DNA of 64,000 nucleotides from a virus (Duplodnaviria; Heunggongvirae; Uroviricota; Caudoviricetes): IMG/VR virus record IMGVR_UViG_3300045988_149737; one strand, 5' to 3'. Shown piece by piece: positions 9,674 to 17,713 of this stretch (position 1 is its first letter; each line of letters starts with the position of its first letter). The notes under the pieces were generated by a model. It saw only the letters and a program-made list of their open reading frames with translations, ran no database searches and was not told where the DNA came from. The position numbers and the translations under genes were made by a program.

Positions 9674-10156
9674 ATGGCGGTAGTTGTGAAAGCTGATTTG
9701 TCAAAAATCCCTTCTATTTCAGGAAATAACGGTTATTCACTTCGTTGTGAGGAAGTAAAGATAAACGGTGAGTCGGCATATTGCAGCTATTCCGTTTGCC
9801 AGCACACCATTCTTGCCTTCAAAGAAAACCGTCTTCCTCGAACTTCTTTCCAGTCGTGCGCAACCGCTATTAAAGCAGGCAAATGCAAGGCGTTAAAAAT
9901 GATGGTTGAAGAGATTCGTAAAGGAGAATCTCTGTATTTCGAAGATATGACCGCGCTCATTAAGGAGGTTGAAGAACGGAATAAACAAGCCAGAACTATA
10001 AAACGAAAACGTGACAGTGTAACGATTAATAGCATGGTTAAGAAGAGCACCACATCACAAACAGCGATCACTGACGTGTATGCGGCGTTGCTTGAAGAAA
10101 CAACAAAAGAAACACATGAGCAAATCGATCAACATATGGAGGCAAAACAACAATGA
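9674..10156 (+). CDS. hypothetical Cys-containing protein
   Basis: 160-aa ORF; overlaps ligase start by 4 nt. Confidence 0.45.
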   Translation: MAVVVKADLSKIPSISGNNGYSLRCEEVKINGESAYCSYSVCQHTILAFKENRLPRTSFQSCATAIKAGKCKALKMMVEEIRKGESLYFEDMTALIKEVEERNKQARTIKRKRDSVTINSMVKKSTTSQTAITDVYAALLEETTKETHEQIDQHMEAKQQ

Positions 10157-11475
10157 AAAAGTTGATCGCACTTAAGCATAAGCTGGACGAAATGAAAGCT
10201 ATGGGAACCAATGCAAAAAAAGAGGCATTGGCCAACATGGATGACTTCGAGCAAAGCATGGTTTCATTGATGCTCAACCCTTTCATCCGTTTTGGGGTAA
10301 AGAAATACAAAGTGGCAGAGCCGCTTAGTGAGTCCATCCCAAGTGACGAAAAAGCCATTGATGTACTGAATAAGCTGGCCTCTCGCGAGCTAACGGGGAA
10401 CGCGGCAATAGCTGCTGTTGAGTCTATCGTGGCGTCAATGTGCGCCGATGGGCAGGACGTGTTCCGTCGTTTCCTCTTAAAAGATCCGAAAGCTGGCGTT
10501 GGGATTAGCCTATGCAACAAGGTTTTTGAAAATCCCATTCCGAAATTTGAGGTGCAGCTGGCGTCACCGTATAAAGAAAAAGGCGACAAATACCCCTTCA
10601 AGCCAAATCCTAAAGCCAAATGGCCGATGATTGGCAGCCTTAAGCTCGATGGTTTGCGAGTAATTTGTGAGGTTATTGTTGACGAGGAAGAGGTGAACTT
10701 CCTTTCTCGTACTGGTAATCCAATCACGTCTCTCGATCACCTAAAGCCAGCCATGCTCGAATTAGGCAAACTTTCAGGCCACAAACACATCTTCTTCGAT
10801 GGTGAAGGAACAGCCGGTTCATTTAACCAGTCCGTATCTGCATTGCGCAAAAAGAACGTGCAGGCAATTGGCGCTATTTATCATGTTTTCGACTTCTTCC
10901 TACCGGAATGGCGGGCACAGGCTAAATCCAAAGAGTATGCAAAGACAGGTATGAAGCTGAAAGAGCGCCTGGCTATTCTCGTGGCGTTGTTCAAAAACGA
11001 TCGCAGTGAAGACTACGCGCAAGACATTCACCTACATCCGTTCTACATCATCCATAGCCACGAAGACTTCATCGAACGCTTCATGAAACGCCTGGACGAT
11101 AACGAAGAAGGGGAGATGGGCAAAGATCCGAACTCTGTTTACGAGTTTAAACGTACCCGCAGCTGGTGGAAGTTAAAAGACGAAGATTCAGAAGATGGTG
11201 AAATTATCGACTTTGAGCCGGGCGACCCGGACTCTGGTTTTGCCAACACACTTGGAAAAATTGTTATTCGTCTTGAAAACGGCGTCATCGTTCGTGCGAG
11301 CGGCATTAAGCATAAATATCTGGACGAGATCTGGAACAACAAAGAGAAGTACCGTGGTCGTATTGTCGAGGTTCATTGTCACGAGAAAACACCGGACGGC
11401 AGCTTACGCCACCCACGACTGAAATGGCCGCGTTGCTTACGCGATACCGAAGATCGAATCGGAGATAAAGAATGA
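10153..11475 (+). CDS. ATP-dependent DNA ligase
   Basis: Adenylation motif I KLDGLR in MIGSLKLDGLRVI; 440 aa. Confidence 0.75.
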   Translation: MKKLIALKHKLDEMKAMGTNAKKEALANMDDFEQSMVSLMLNPFIRFGVKKYKVAEPLSESIPSDEKAIDVLNKLASRELTGNAAIAAVESIVASMCADGQDVFRRFLLKDPKAGVGISLCNKVFENPIPKFEVQLASPYKEKGDKYPFKPNPKAKWPMIGSLKLDGLRVICEVIVDEEEVNFLSRTGNPITSLDHLKPAMLELGKLSGHKHIFFDGEGTAGSFNQSVSALRKKNVQAIGAIYHVFDFFLPEWRAQAKSKEYAKTGMKLKERLAILVALFKNDRSEDYAQDIHLHPFYIIHSHEDFIERFMKRLDDNEEGEMGKDPNSVYEFKRTRSWWKLKDEDSEDGEIIDFEPGDPDSGFANTLGKIVIRLENGVIVRASGIKHKYLDEIWNNKEKYRGRIVEVHCHEKTPDGSLRHPRLKWPRCLRDTEDRIGDKE

Positions 11476-11687
11476 TCGTATTAAGTAAAAGGGAGAAAGA
11501 AACGCTTCATGAAATCAGTAAGTGGCCGGAGTTCCCTGAGTACTGGAAGCCTAAAACGCGAGCTAAGTTAGAGCGTTTAGGGTTGGTTGCAAACGTTTCT
11601 GAAACGTGGTGCTCGGCCAACTACCAGTTAACTGATAAAGGGAAAGTATTGCTACAGCAATTAGTAGAATCAGGAGTGTTAAAATGA
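11472..11687 (+). CDS. hypothetical protein
   Basis: 71 aa; start overlaps ligase stop. Confidence 0.4.
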   Translation: MIVLSKREKETLHEISKWPEFPEYWKPKTRAKLERLGLVANVSETWCSANYQLTDKGKVLLQQLVESGVLK

Positions 11688-11832
11688 TTCCATACATCTC
11701 ATTAGCTTTTATGGGTGGCTTCCTTATCGGCTTCGGCATCTGTCGTGATTTAATTAAGCAGGAACTTAAAACCAAAACACTGTGCATCGGAAAGCGTGTG
11801 TATCGGGTAGTTCATGAAACAAAGGTTAGAAA

Positions 11833-12123
11833 ATGAGCAATTTAACTTCTTGGGACTGGTTGTTGGCCACCTATTTCTTAGCGGCCGGAGTCGCATTCGC
11901 CTTTTACGTAGGTCAGTTAGTCGTAAAACTGTTGCTGATTAAATTTGCTAGTCATAAACGTATCGATGATGGTCTGTGGCGTCTTGGCACCCTGGTGGAA
12001 ACTCGCTACGGGCAACTTAAGGAGAACGAAACCATTACTATCCAGGCGAAACGATTCACTGCCACCATCACAAGAACACCTAGTCGTAGAGTGGCCTTGA
12101 TCAAAAAAGTCACAACCGAATAA
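11833..12123 (+). CDS. hypothetical membrane protein
   Basis: N-terminal hydrophobic segment WDWLLATYFLAAGVAFAFYV. Confidence 0.4.
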   Translation: MSNLTSWDWLLATYFLAAGVAFAFYVGQLVVKLLLIKFASHKRIDDGLWRLGTLVETRYGQLKENETITIQAKRFTATITRTPSRRVALIKKVTTE

Positions 12124-12356
12124 AAACATCATGATAAGTATTTACTTACTTATCTTTTATGTATAAGATGACTTTGTTTTCGTTGAGACGCGACTGTTTG
12201 AACTTAAATACAAGTGCAAACGAAGAAGTCTATCTGGCAGTAGCCTAATAAGCCAAACACCAGCGAGGTCAGTTTCCAGCCTCGTTACCGAAATGGGACA
12301 CACTGAGCGAGTGTGATTGCAGAACGCAGGAGGGAACATTCATGTTCCCTCCGATG

Positions 12357-12438
12357 AAGTAACAGAATGGGCGGTTGGTATATTTTCAACTCCATATGAC
12401 TCCCGGATTCTTAGCCACTGACCGCCCATCCTGTTACG
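12357..12438 (+). ncRNA. long imperfect hairpin element H1
   Basis: AAGTAACAGAATGGGCGGT ... ACCGCCCATCCTGTTACG about 17-bp stem; preceded by perfect hairpin GGAGGGAACattcatGTTCCCTCC (12329-12352). Confidence 0.35.
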
Positions 12439-12513
12439 TCATTTTGTTCAATTATGTCGTTTATACTGGGTTAAAAAGCGGCGACGTAGCCCGGCTGGTA
12501 TGGTTAGCCAGCA

Positions 12514-12634
12514 CACAACGTTGAGGCCATTACATTTTTATCAATTCTAAGGTTCTATTCACAGAGATACCGGCGAGCGTTGATATGTAACATGTTGGGC
12601 AAACATTCAATCGGAGTAGTGGCCTCAACGTTGT
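12514..12634 (+). ncRNA. long hairpin element H2 with CACAACG/CGTTGTG ends
   Basis: Perfect 16-bp inverted repeat CACAACGTTGAGGCCA / TGGCCTCAACGTTGTG around about 89 nt. Confidence 0.4.
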
Positions 12635-12901
12635 GAAGACAGGATTGTTGTGTAGGTTTAACCACTGTTGCCATTGGTGCCTGTTTTCACAACAAATGAT
12701 TCCATACATCACATTGTATAAATTATAAAGTAGGTGCTGTCCTCAGAAACATCATCTACTTAAAGATTTTGCCTTCTACTATTGAGCGAAGTCGAAAGCG
12801 TCTGGCACTAACGAAAAGTGCAAGTAGCGGTGCGTTTCCTGGCAGAAACTAAACCGTCGCGATTGGCACTGTTGAGTAATAAATACTGGCAGTGCTGAAT
12901 T

Positions 12902-12976
12902 GATGGTGTAGCTCAGCGGTAGAGCAGTTGGCTGTTAACCAACTGGTCGGTGGTTCGAATCCACCCACCATCGCCA
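12902..12976 (+). tRNA. tRNA-Asn (anticodon GTT)
   Basis: Cloverleaf read by eye: acceptor GATGGTG/CACCATC, D-arm GCTCAGCGGTAGAGC, anticodon loop CTGTTAA, T-arm GGTGGTTCGAATCCACC, CCA encoded. Confidence 0.85.
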
Positions 12977-12981
12977 ATTTA

Positions 12982-13068
12982 GGGGAGTTAGTCCGTAGGG
13001 GCAGCGGGGTAGACTGTAAATCTACTGTCATTGCGACTCGGGTGGTTCGACTCCATCACTCCCCACCA
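12982..13068 (+). tRNA. tRNA-Tyr (anticodon GTA), long variable arm
   Basis: Acceptor GGGGAGT/ACTCCCC; anticodon stem-loop GTAGA-CTGTAAA-TCTAC; T-loop TTCGACT; CCA encoded. Confidence 0.8.
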
Positions 13069-13072
13069 AATT

Positions 13073-13148
13073 GCCGGTTTAGCTCAGTTGGTAGAGCGCC
13101 TGCCTTGTAAGCAGGATGTCAGCGGTTCGATCCCGTTAACCGGCACCA
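13073..13148 (+). tRNA. tRNA-Thr (anticodon TGT)
   Basis: Acceptor GCCGGTT/AACCGGC; D-arm GCTCAGTTGGTAGAGC; anticodon loop CTTGTAA; T-loop TTCGATC; CCA encoded. Confidence 0.85.
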
Positions 13149-13238
13149 ACACAACAGGTAAGAGCATTGGGCGAATCGGCGATACTGACCCACAAGCCCG
13201 TAAATCGATAGAGTCAGACCAGTGCTCTTACCGTTGTG
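13149..13238 (+). ncRNA. long hairpin element H3, starts immediately after tRNA-Thr
   Basis: CACAACAGGTAAGAGCATTGG ... CCAGTGCTCTTACCGTTGTG about 20-bp stem with one bulge. Confidence 0.4.
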
Positions 13239-13288
13239 AGGAAGTGCAGCTCTTTGAAGCAACCAGAAGATAAGCATCTGGCTTCACA

Positions 13289-13368
13289 ACACAACGATAA
13301 GATCATTACGGTTAATCGTCGTTCATGTGCACAATGACTGGTCGAAAGGTAGTGATCTTACCGTTGTG
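13289..13368 (+). ncRNA. long hairpin element H4 (paralogue of H3)
   Basis: CACAACGATAAGATCATTAC ... GTAGTGATCTTACCGTTGTG. Confidence 0.4.
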
Positions 13369-13468
13369 ATGAATGCACAGGCTGATGTGCCGCAACTACA
13401 GTAGTGCGCGCTTTGCGGGGCTTGCTACAACCCTGTGTCGGAGTTCAGCACCGACCATCACAATAGCT

Positions 13469-13555
13469 GGAGAGTAGGGAGCATGGTGCTCAAGCGGTCT
13501 TGAAAACCGTCCCATTGCGCAAGCGATGATGGTTCGATTCCATTACTCTCCGCCA
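13469..13555 (+). tRNA. tRNA-Ser (anticodon TGA), long variable arm
   Basis: Acceptor GGAGAGT/ACTCTCC; anticodon stem-loop GCGGT-CTTGAAA-ACCGT; T-loop TTCGATT; discriminator G; CCA encoded. Confidence 0.8.
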
Positions 13556-13557
13556 GA

Positions 13558-13635
13558 CACAGCGTTGAGCGGTTTGGCCTTTTAATCACCCAGATTAAGA
13601 CTCCGCTAACATAAACCAGACCGCTCAACGCTGTG
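13558..13635 (+). ncRNA. long hairpin element H5, starts 3 nt after tRNA-Ser
   Basis: CACAGCGTTGAGCGGTTTGG ... CCAGACCGCTCAACGCTGTG about 19-bp stem. Confidence 0.4.
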
Positions 13636-13710
13636 ATAGACAATTACGGCAGACGTTCTTAACCATAGCTTGCTAACATCCTAGCAACACTTTTTTTCAG
13701 CGCAAAATTC

Positions 13711-13733
13711 AAAGGGGCTTCGGCCCCTTTTTT
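13711..13733 (+). terminator. rho-independent terminator closing the tRNA/hairpin cluster
   Basis: AAAGGGGCttcgGCCCCTTTTTT. Confidence 0.7.
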
Positions 13734-13776
13734 GCAACTGAAAGAGTCAAGTCTACGAACTTTGTAGGAAGAAATA

Positions 13777-14127
13777 ATGACCAGCAAAGATAACACACCA
13801 CTAAAAGTCACCCCTGAACACATTGAACAACTCATTCAAAGTGAACATTATTTCACTGCATATGATGCCAGCCACGGGGATAACTTCATCTCTGTTTACA
13901 ATTCAAAAACAGATATCGACAAAGGTCATGAGTCGTTAAAACTCTTAACGTTCTGCGTTATGGTTCTCAAAAATGGATATACCGTAACGGGAAAATCTGC
14001 GTGCGTAAGACCAGAAATCTTCAACTTTGATGTTGGTCGCGAGTACGCTCGAAAAGATGCTATCGATCAAATCTGGCCCCTGGAAGGCTATCTCCTGAAG
14101 CAAAAGTGGCATGAGGCAAAGCAATGA
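13777..14127 (+). CDS. hypothetical protein
   Basis: 116 aa; stop overlaps glutaredoxin start. Confidence 0.45.
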   Translation: MTSKDNTPLKVTPEHIEQLIQSEHYFTAYDASHGDNFISVYNSKTDIDKGHESLKLLTFCVMVLKNGYTVTGKSACVRPEIFNFDVGREYARKDAIDQIWPLEGYLLKQKWHEAKQ

Positions 14128-14369
14128 CGATCACTATCTACGGACGAGATAACTGCTCATACTGCAAACGTGCGGTCGAGCTGGCGAAGCAACTAAAGGG
14201 ACATGGCTACGGTGATTATGAGTACATCGACATCACCACTGCCGGTATCGATAAGGAAAAACTTAGCGAAATTGTTGGTAAACCGGTAGAGACGATCCCC
14301 CAGGTGCTGATCGATGGCCAGCCGATTGGCGGATACACAGAATTTGCTGCTTTTGCGAGCACTCTGTAG
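14124..14369 (+). CDS. glutaredoxin-like protein (NrdH/Grx-type)
   Basis: CSYC active site near N-terminus of an 81-aa protein. Confidence 0.7.
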   Translation: MTITIYGRDNCSYCKRAVELAKQLKGHGYGDYEYIDITTAGIDKEKLSEIVGKPVETIPQVLIDGQPIGGYTEFAAFASTL

Positions 14370-14464
14370 TACAATACGGCTCCTTTTGGGGCCATTTATT
14401 ATTTGTAGCTTTCATCAGCACAGCGTACACTTAGTTACGAGCCATTGAGTAGTTAAGAGGTTTT

Positions 14465-15073
14465 ATGCGTTTAGAAAATTGCCTAGAAGATATGAGTGTC
14501 ATTAGCAATGCCCTTGCTACTGTGACCTCTAACGCTTCACGCTTTTCAAACGCAAAGCCTACAGCTAAATCTGGGCGTGATTTTATTGAACCGCGTGGAT
14601 ATCGACGCTTCCGTGGCACGATGAAGCCCTCTGCGAAATTCACAGGATTCAAAACACAAACCTATGTGAGCACTGCGGCTATTCCTGTTCAAGAGAACCG
14701 CGATGCGGCACAGCTGGCAAAGATTGAAAGCAAGCTCGCAGAATTGACGGCGAAACACGTTCGCTTAGCCCATGCCATCTCTGGATGGAAAGCGGAAAAG
14801 ATTCGCAGCAACTTCGGTGAAAGTCGTTACGAAGAACTGAAGAACGTTGACCTGACCATTCGTGGTTTGGAGGGATTCGTTAACAAGTTGATTCGCGACT
14901 CTGAGCAACCTCATCCATATTTGAAACGCTTGAGCGATTCTGTAACTGAGTATCGTTTAGCTATCTCTGATCTGCTATTGATTTTAAATCAGTGTTTTAA
15001 CGACGTAAACGTCATCGAATCGCAGACTGGCCTCATTGATGAGGACGTCTTCGCCAACTTCTCATTCCATTGA
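14465..15073 (+). CDS. hypothetical protein, possible partner of downstream toxin-like gene
   Basis: 202-aa ORF ending 9 bp before YafO-like ORF; no RHH/HTH recognised. Confidence 0.4.
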   Translation: MRLENCLEDMSVISNALATVTSNASRFSNAKPTAKSGRDFIEPRGYRRFRGTMKPSAKFTGFKTQTYVSTAAIPVQENRDAAQLAKIESKLAELTAKHVRLAHAISGWKAEKIRSNFGESRYEELKNVDLTIRGLEGFVNKLIRDSEQPHPYLKRLSDSVTEYRLAISDLLLILNQCFNDVNVIESQTGLIDEDVFANFSFH

Positions 15074-15082
15074 GGTTGAACG

Positions 15083-15493
15083 ATGAAGATCACATGGAAC
15101 AGTGATAGTTACGCCCAATTTTTAAAGCCGACCTTCGATATAAAGCCTGACTTAGAGATTACGTTACTCAACGATTTCAAGTCGTTTAAACAAGGCATGT
15201 ACCCAGCCATATTCGGCAAAGATGGCCCGTATACGGCTCCTGGTGCTATCGTGTCCTCCCGCGTCTATCACGTTCATCTCTTGTTCACGAAGCAAGAACG
15301 AACCAGCAGCCGCAGCAGATTCAATTGCACAAGCGACCGTGCACTCGTTTACAGTCAACATGCACATTTCCAAGATGTGTATAGCCTATTGGCAATCTCC
15401 CCTAACAACGCACATCAGTACGCGAAAGATCCAAAAATTATGGTCGATATCGCTGCCTACGCGGCCGCATTTCAAGCTCTCACTAACCCTTAA
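15083..15493 (+). CDS. YafO-family toxin-like protein
   Basis: 136 aa; blocks IFGKDGPY, RVYHVHL, TSDRALVYSQHAHF, LLAISPNNAH resemble YafO as recalled from memory. Confidence 0.45.
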   Translation: MKITWNSDSYAQFLKPTFDIKPDLEITLLNDFKSFKQGMYPAIFGKDGPYTAPGAIVSSRVYHVHLLFTKQERTSSRSRFNCTSDRALVYSQHAHFQDVYSLLAISPNNAHQYAKDPKIMVDIAAYAAAFQALTNP

Positions 15494-15535
15494 CAATCAT
15501 ATTAATAACGCCTCAGAATTTAAATTCCTCCCTTA

Positions 15536-15568
15536 AATGATTCCATACCTACTATGTATGGAATCATT
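15536..15568. other. candidate tyrosine-recombinase core site
   Basis: Perfect 13-bp inverted repeats AATGATTCCATAC / GTATGGAATCATT around 7-bp spacer CTACTAT, about 100 bp upstream of recombinase gene. Confidence 0.5.
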
Positions 15569-15666
15569 ACTGAAAATGAGTTACTTTGACTCTTGATCCT
15601 ATAAGAATCTATGCCTAATATACTGTTTACTTATACAGTACATCGGCGTAACTCGGTGATTGTCAT

Positions 15667-16770
15667 ATGAAAAATAGCTTTGACAGAGCACGCGCAGCGG
15701 AGAACACCTCAAAAGAGGCGATTGAGTATCTCGAAAGAGCATCTCAAATGCAGGCAGTTATGATCTCCCAGGTCAGCAATGACATGAGATTCTCGGACGC
15801 ATTCATGTTATTCACTCGCTTATCTCTGCTGATAACCAGACGTCGGCCAGAGATCGCTGTTCATTGTATTTTGATACATGTTTTGCCGCACATTGCCGAT
15901 GTAAAAGTAAGTGACATTAATAGGTTCATGGTGAACCAACTGGTCAACCCACTAATACTGGATGGCAAAATTGTTATGGGCCGCCGCGTTTTCTCTCTGA
16001 TGAAGCAGTTCCTTAGCTGGTGTGCCTTCCAGGGGATGATCGACGTATCACCGTTAAACGATATGTCACTAAACAAAGTTGCCGGTGGCGCAAAGCCCAC
16101 ACCTCGCGAGCGGAAGCTGACCGACGCAGAGGTATGGGTGTTCTGGAATATCTGGGACTACTTCAATGTGTGCGCAGGTACAAAATGGGCGGCCAGGCTA
16201 TGTCTTGTATCCGCAAGACGACCTGATGAAGTACTGCGGGCTAAAAAAAGTGAGTTCAATCTTAAGCGTGGGGTTTGGAATCAAGGCAAAAGAAACAAGT
16301 CAGCACGTGAGCATTCGCTGCCTTTAAGCACATTAATGCGCACATGCATTGAAGAGTTGTTCGAATACGGTAAAGATAGCCAGTGGCTCGTTCCTTCGAA
16401 TAAAAAAATCGGGAAAGACCTTCCTATGTCTAAAGTGGCAATAGCCCAGGCATTACGTCGTATTCTGGAACGACCAGAACTGATGGAGCTTGAGCCATTT
16501 ACACCCCGAGATTTGCGCCGTACTGCGCGTAGTTACTTCCCAGCATTAGGCATAAGCCAGGAGGTATCACGTAAAATCATGAACCACAGTCTTGAGGGGA
16601 TAGATCGGGTCTACGACCGGCACGATTATATGGACGAGATGCGAGACGCCTTAGAAAGTTTCTCGACGTACATCGCATCAATCGTAGAGCAACCGGATTT
16701 AGACGAAATTGACCACAAATTTAAGGGAGATCGTCTATCAACAGAGCTTATTCGTGTAAATTTTTCATAG
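15667..16770 (+). CDS. tyrosine recombinase (phage integrase family)
   Basis: C-terminal LRRTARSY...GIS.EV..KIMNHS...VYDRHDY pattern matches R..H-R-Y catalytic region; true start may be internal. Confidence 0.6.
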   Translation: MKNSFDRARAAENTSKEAIEYLERASQMQAVMISQVSNDMRFSDAFMLFTRLSLLITRRRPEIAVHCILIHVLPHIADVKVSDINRFMVNQLVNPLILDGKIVMGRRVFSLMKQFLSWCAFQGMIDVSPLNDMSLNKVAGGAKPTPRERKLTDAEVWVFWNIWDYFNVCAGTKWAARLCLVSARRPDEVLRAKKSEFNLKRGVWNQGKRNKSAREHSLPLSTLMRTCIEELFEYGKDSQWLVPSNKKIGKDLPMSKVAIAQALRRILERPELMELEPFTPRDLRRTARSYFPALGISQEVSRKIMNHSLEGIDRVYDRHDYMDEMRDALESFSTYIASIVEQPDLDEIDHKFKGDRLSTELIRVNFS

Positions 16771-17151
16771 AGACTTTATGGCCTCAACAACCTTTTGTGA
16801 TGCGCCTTTCTCTTTACCGAATCGCTCGTTATATGCAGCAAGAACCTGTTTTTCGTCCTCGTTAAGAGGAGCAGTGCCTTCTTTGTATAAAAATGCTGCG
16901 AGTTCGGGTTGGCGTTCTTCCAGCACCATCATCATAAGACGACTTGGCTCAATACCCAGTGCCAGCGCCAGCGGACGAACCTTATCGATAGGCAAAGGAA
17001 TTTTGCCGCTTTTAATTAAAGAAAGGTTGTTGGCGTTTTTATACCCAATTGTTTTGGCTATCTGGGCCTGGCTCATAGGTGAGGATTCAATCAACCCTGC
17101 GATAAAAGCAGCGTAGCGACTTTCTATAAATTCAATCTTGTTATCAGACAT
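16765..17151 (-). CDS. HTH (XRE-family) transcriptional regulator, repressor candidate
   Basis: HTH SQAQIAKTIGYKNANNLSLIKSG; minus-strand gene with 250-bp AT-rich region upstream. Confidence 0.55.
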   Translation of the reverse strand: MSDNKIEFIESRYAAFIAGLIESSPMSQAQIAKTIGYKNANNLSLIKSGKIPLPIDKVRPLALALGIEPSRLMMMVLEERQPELAAFLYKEGTAPLNEDEKQVLAAYNERFGKEKGASQKVVEAIKSL

Positions 17152-17402
17152 GGTTACAACCTTTGCGCGTTCAATTCTCTCTGGTAAGTGCTTACTGATA
17201 TTACATCAAAGGTTAGGGTTGTAAAGCTATTATCATTTTTTTCGATAGGCACTTAAAAGACCGGTTAAAGGCCATTGCACGGAGAAAAATTAGCCCAAAA
17301 TAGGTAAGAAAATCAACTTGCATATGATATGAATGTATTCAGTATTGATACAAATTTTAGTAGTATTCCTTACCATAGTATAAGTTAGAATGGATTGATT
17401 GA

Positions 17403-17615
17403 ATGAAAACCACTATTTCCAGCCTAATCGCTCTTGAGATCGGACACGTACAGAAATTAGCTGATGAGTGTGTAGCTGACATCCTCACTGATCTACCGAA
17501 TGAGCAGATTCAGGTTGGTGTGAATGACACAACTGGCTTTATATTCGAACTTAACAACAAACGCTTCACGCTTCTCAATACCGGCTCCGGGTCTTTAGCC
17601 GTCAGAATCTGTTAA
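17403..17615 (+). CDS. hypothetical protein
   Basis: 70-aa ORF. Confidence 0.3.
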   Translation: MKTTISSLIALEIGHVQKLADECVADILTDLPNEQIQVGVNDTTGFIFELNNKRFTLLNTGSGSLAVRIC

Positions 17616-17713
17616 CCCCTCTTCTCCCTGCGCGAATGGCTTAGTTCCCTGTTCGCGCAGTGCTACATTAAACAAACTAGTAAATAATTTGTTTTCATAA
17701 CAAAGGATTAGCC

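Noticed and set aside
12849-13643. ORFs of 60-80 aa overlapping the tRNA genes and hairpin elements
   Set aside because: They overlap canonical tRNA cloverleafs and long hairpin stems on either strand and lack RBSs.
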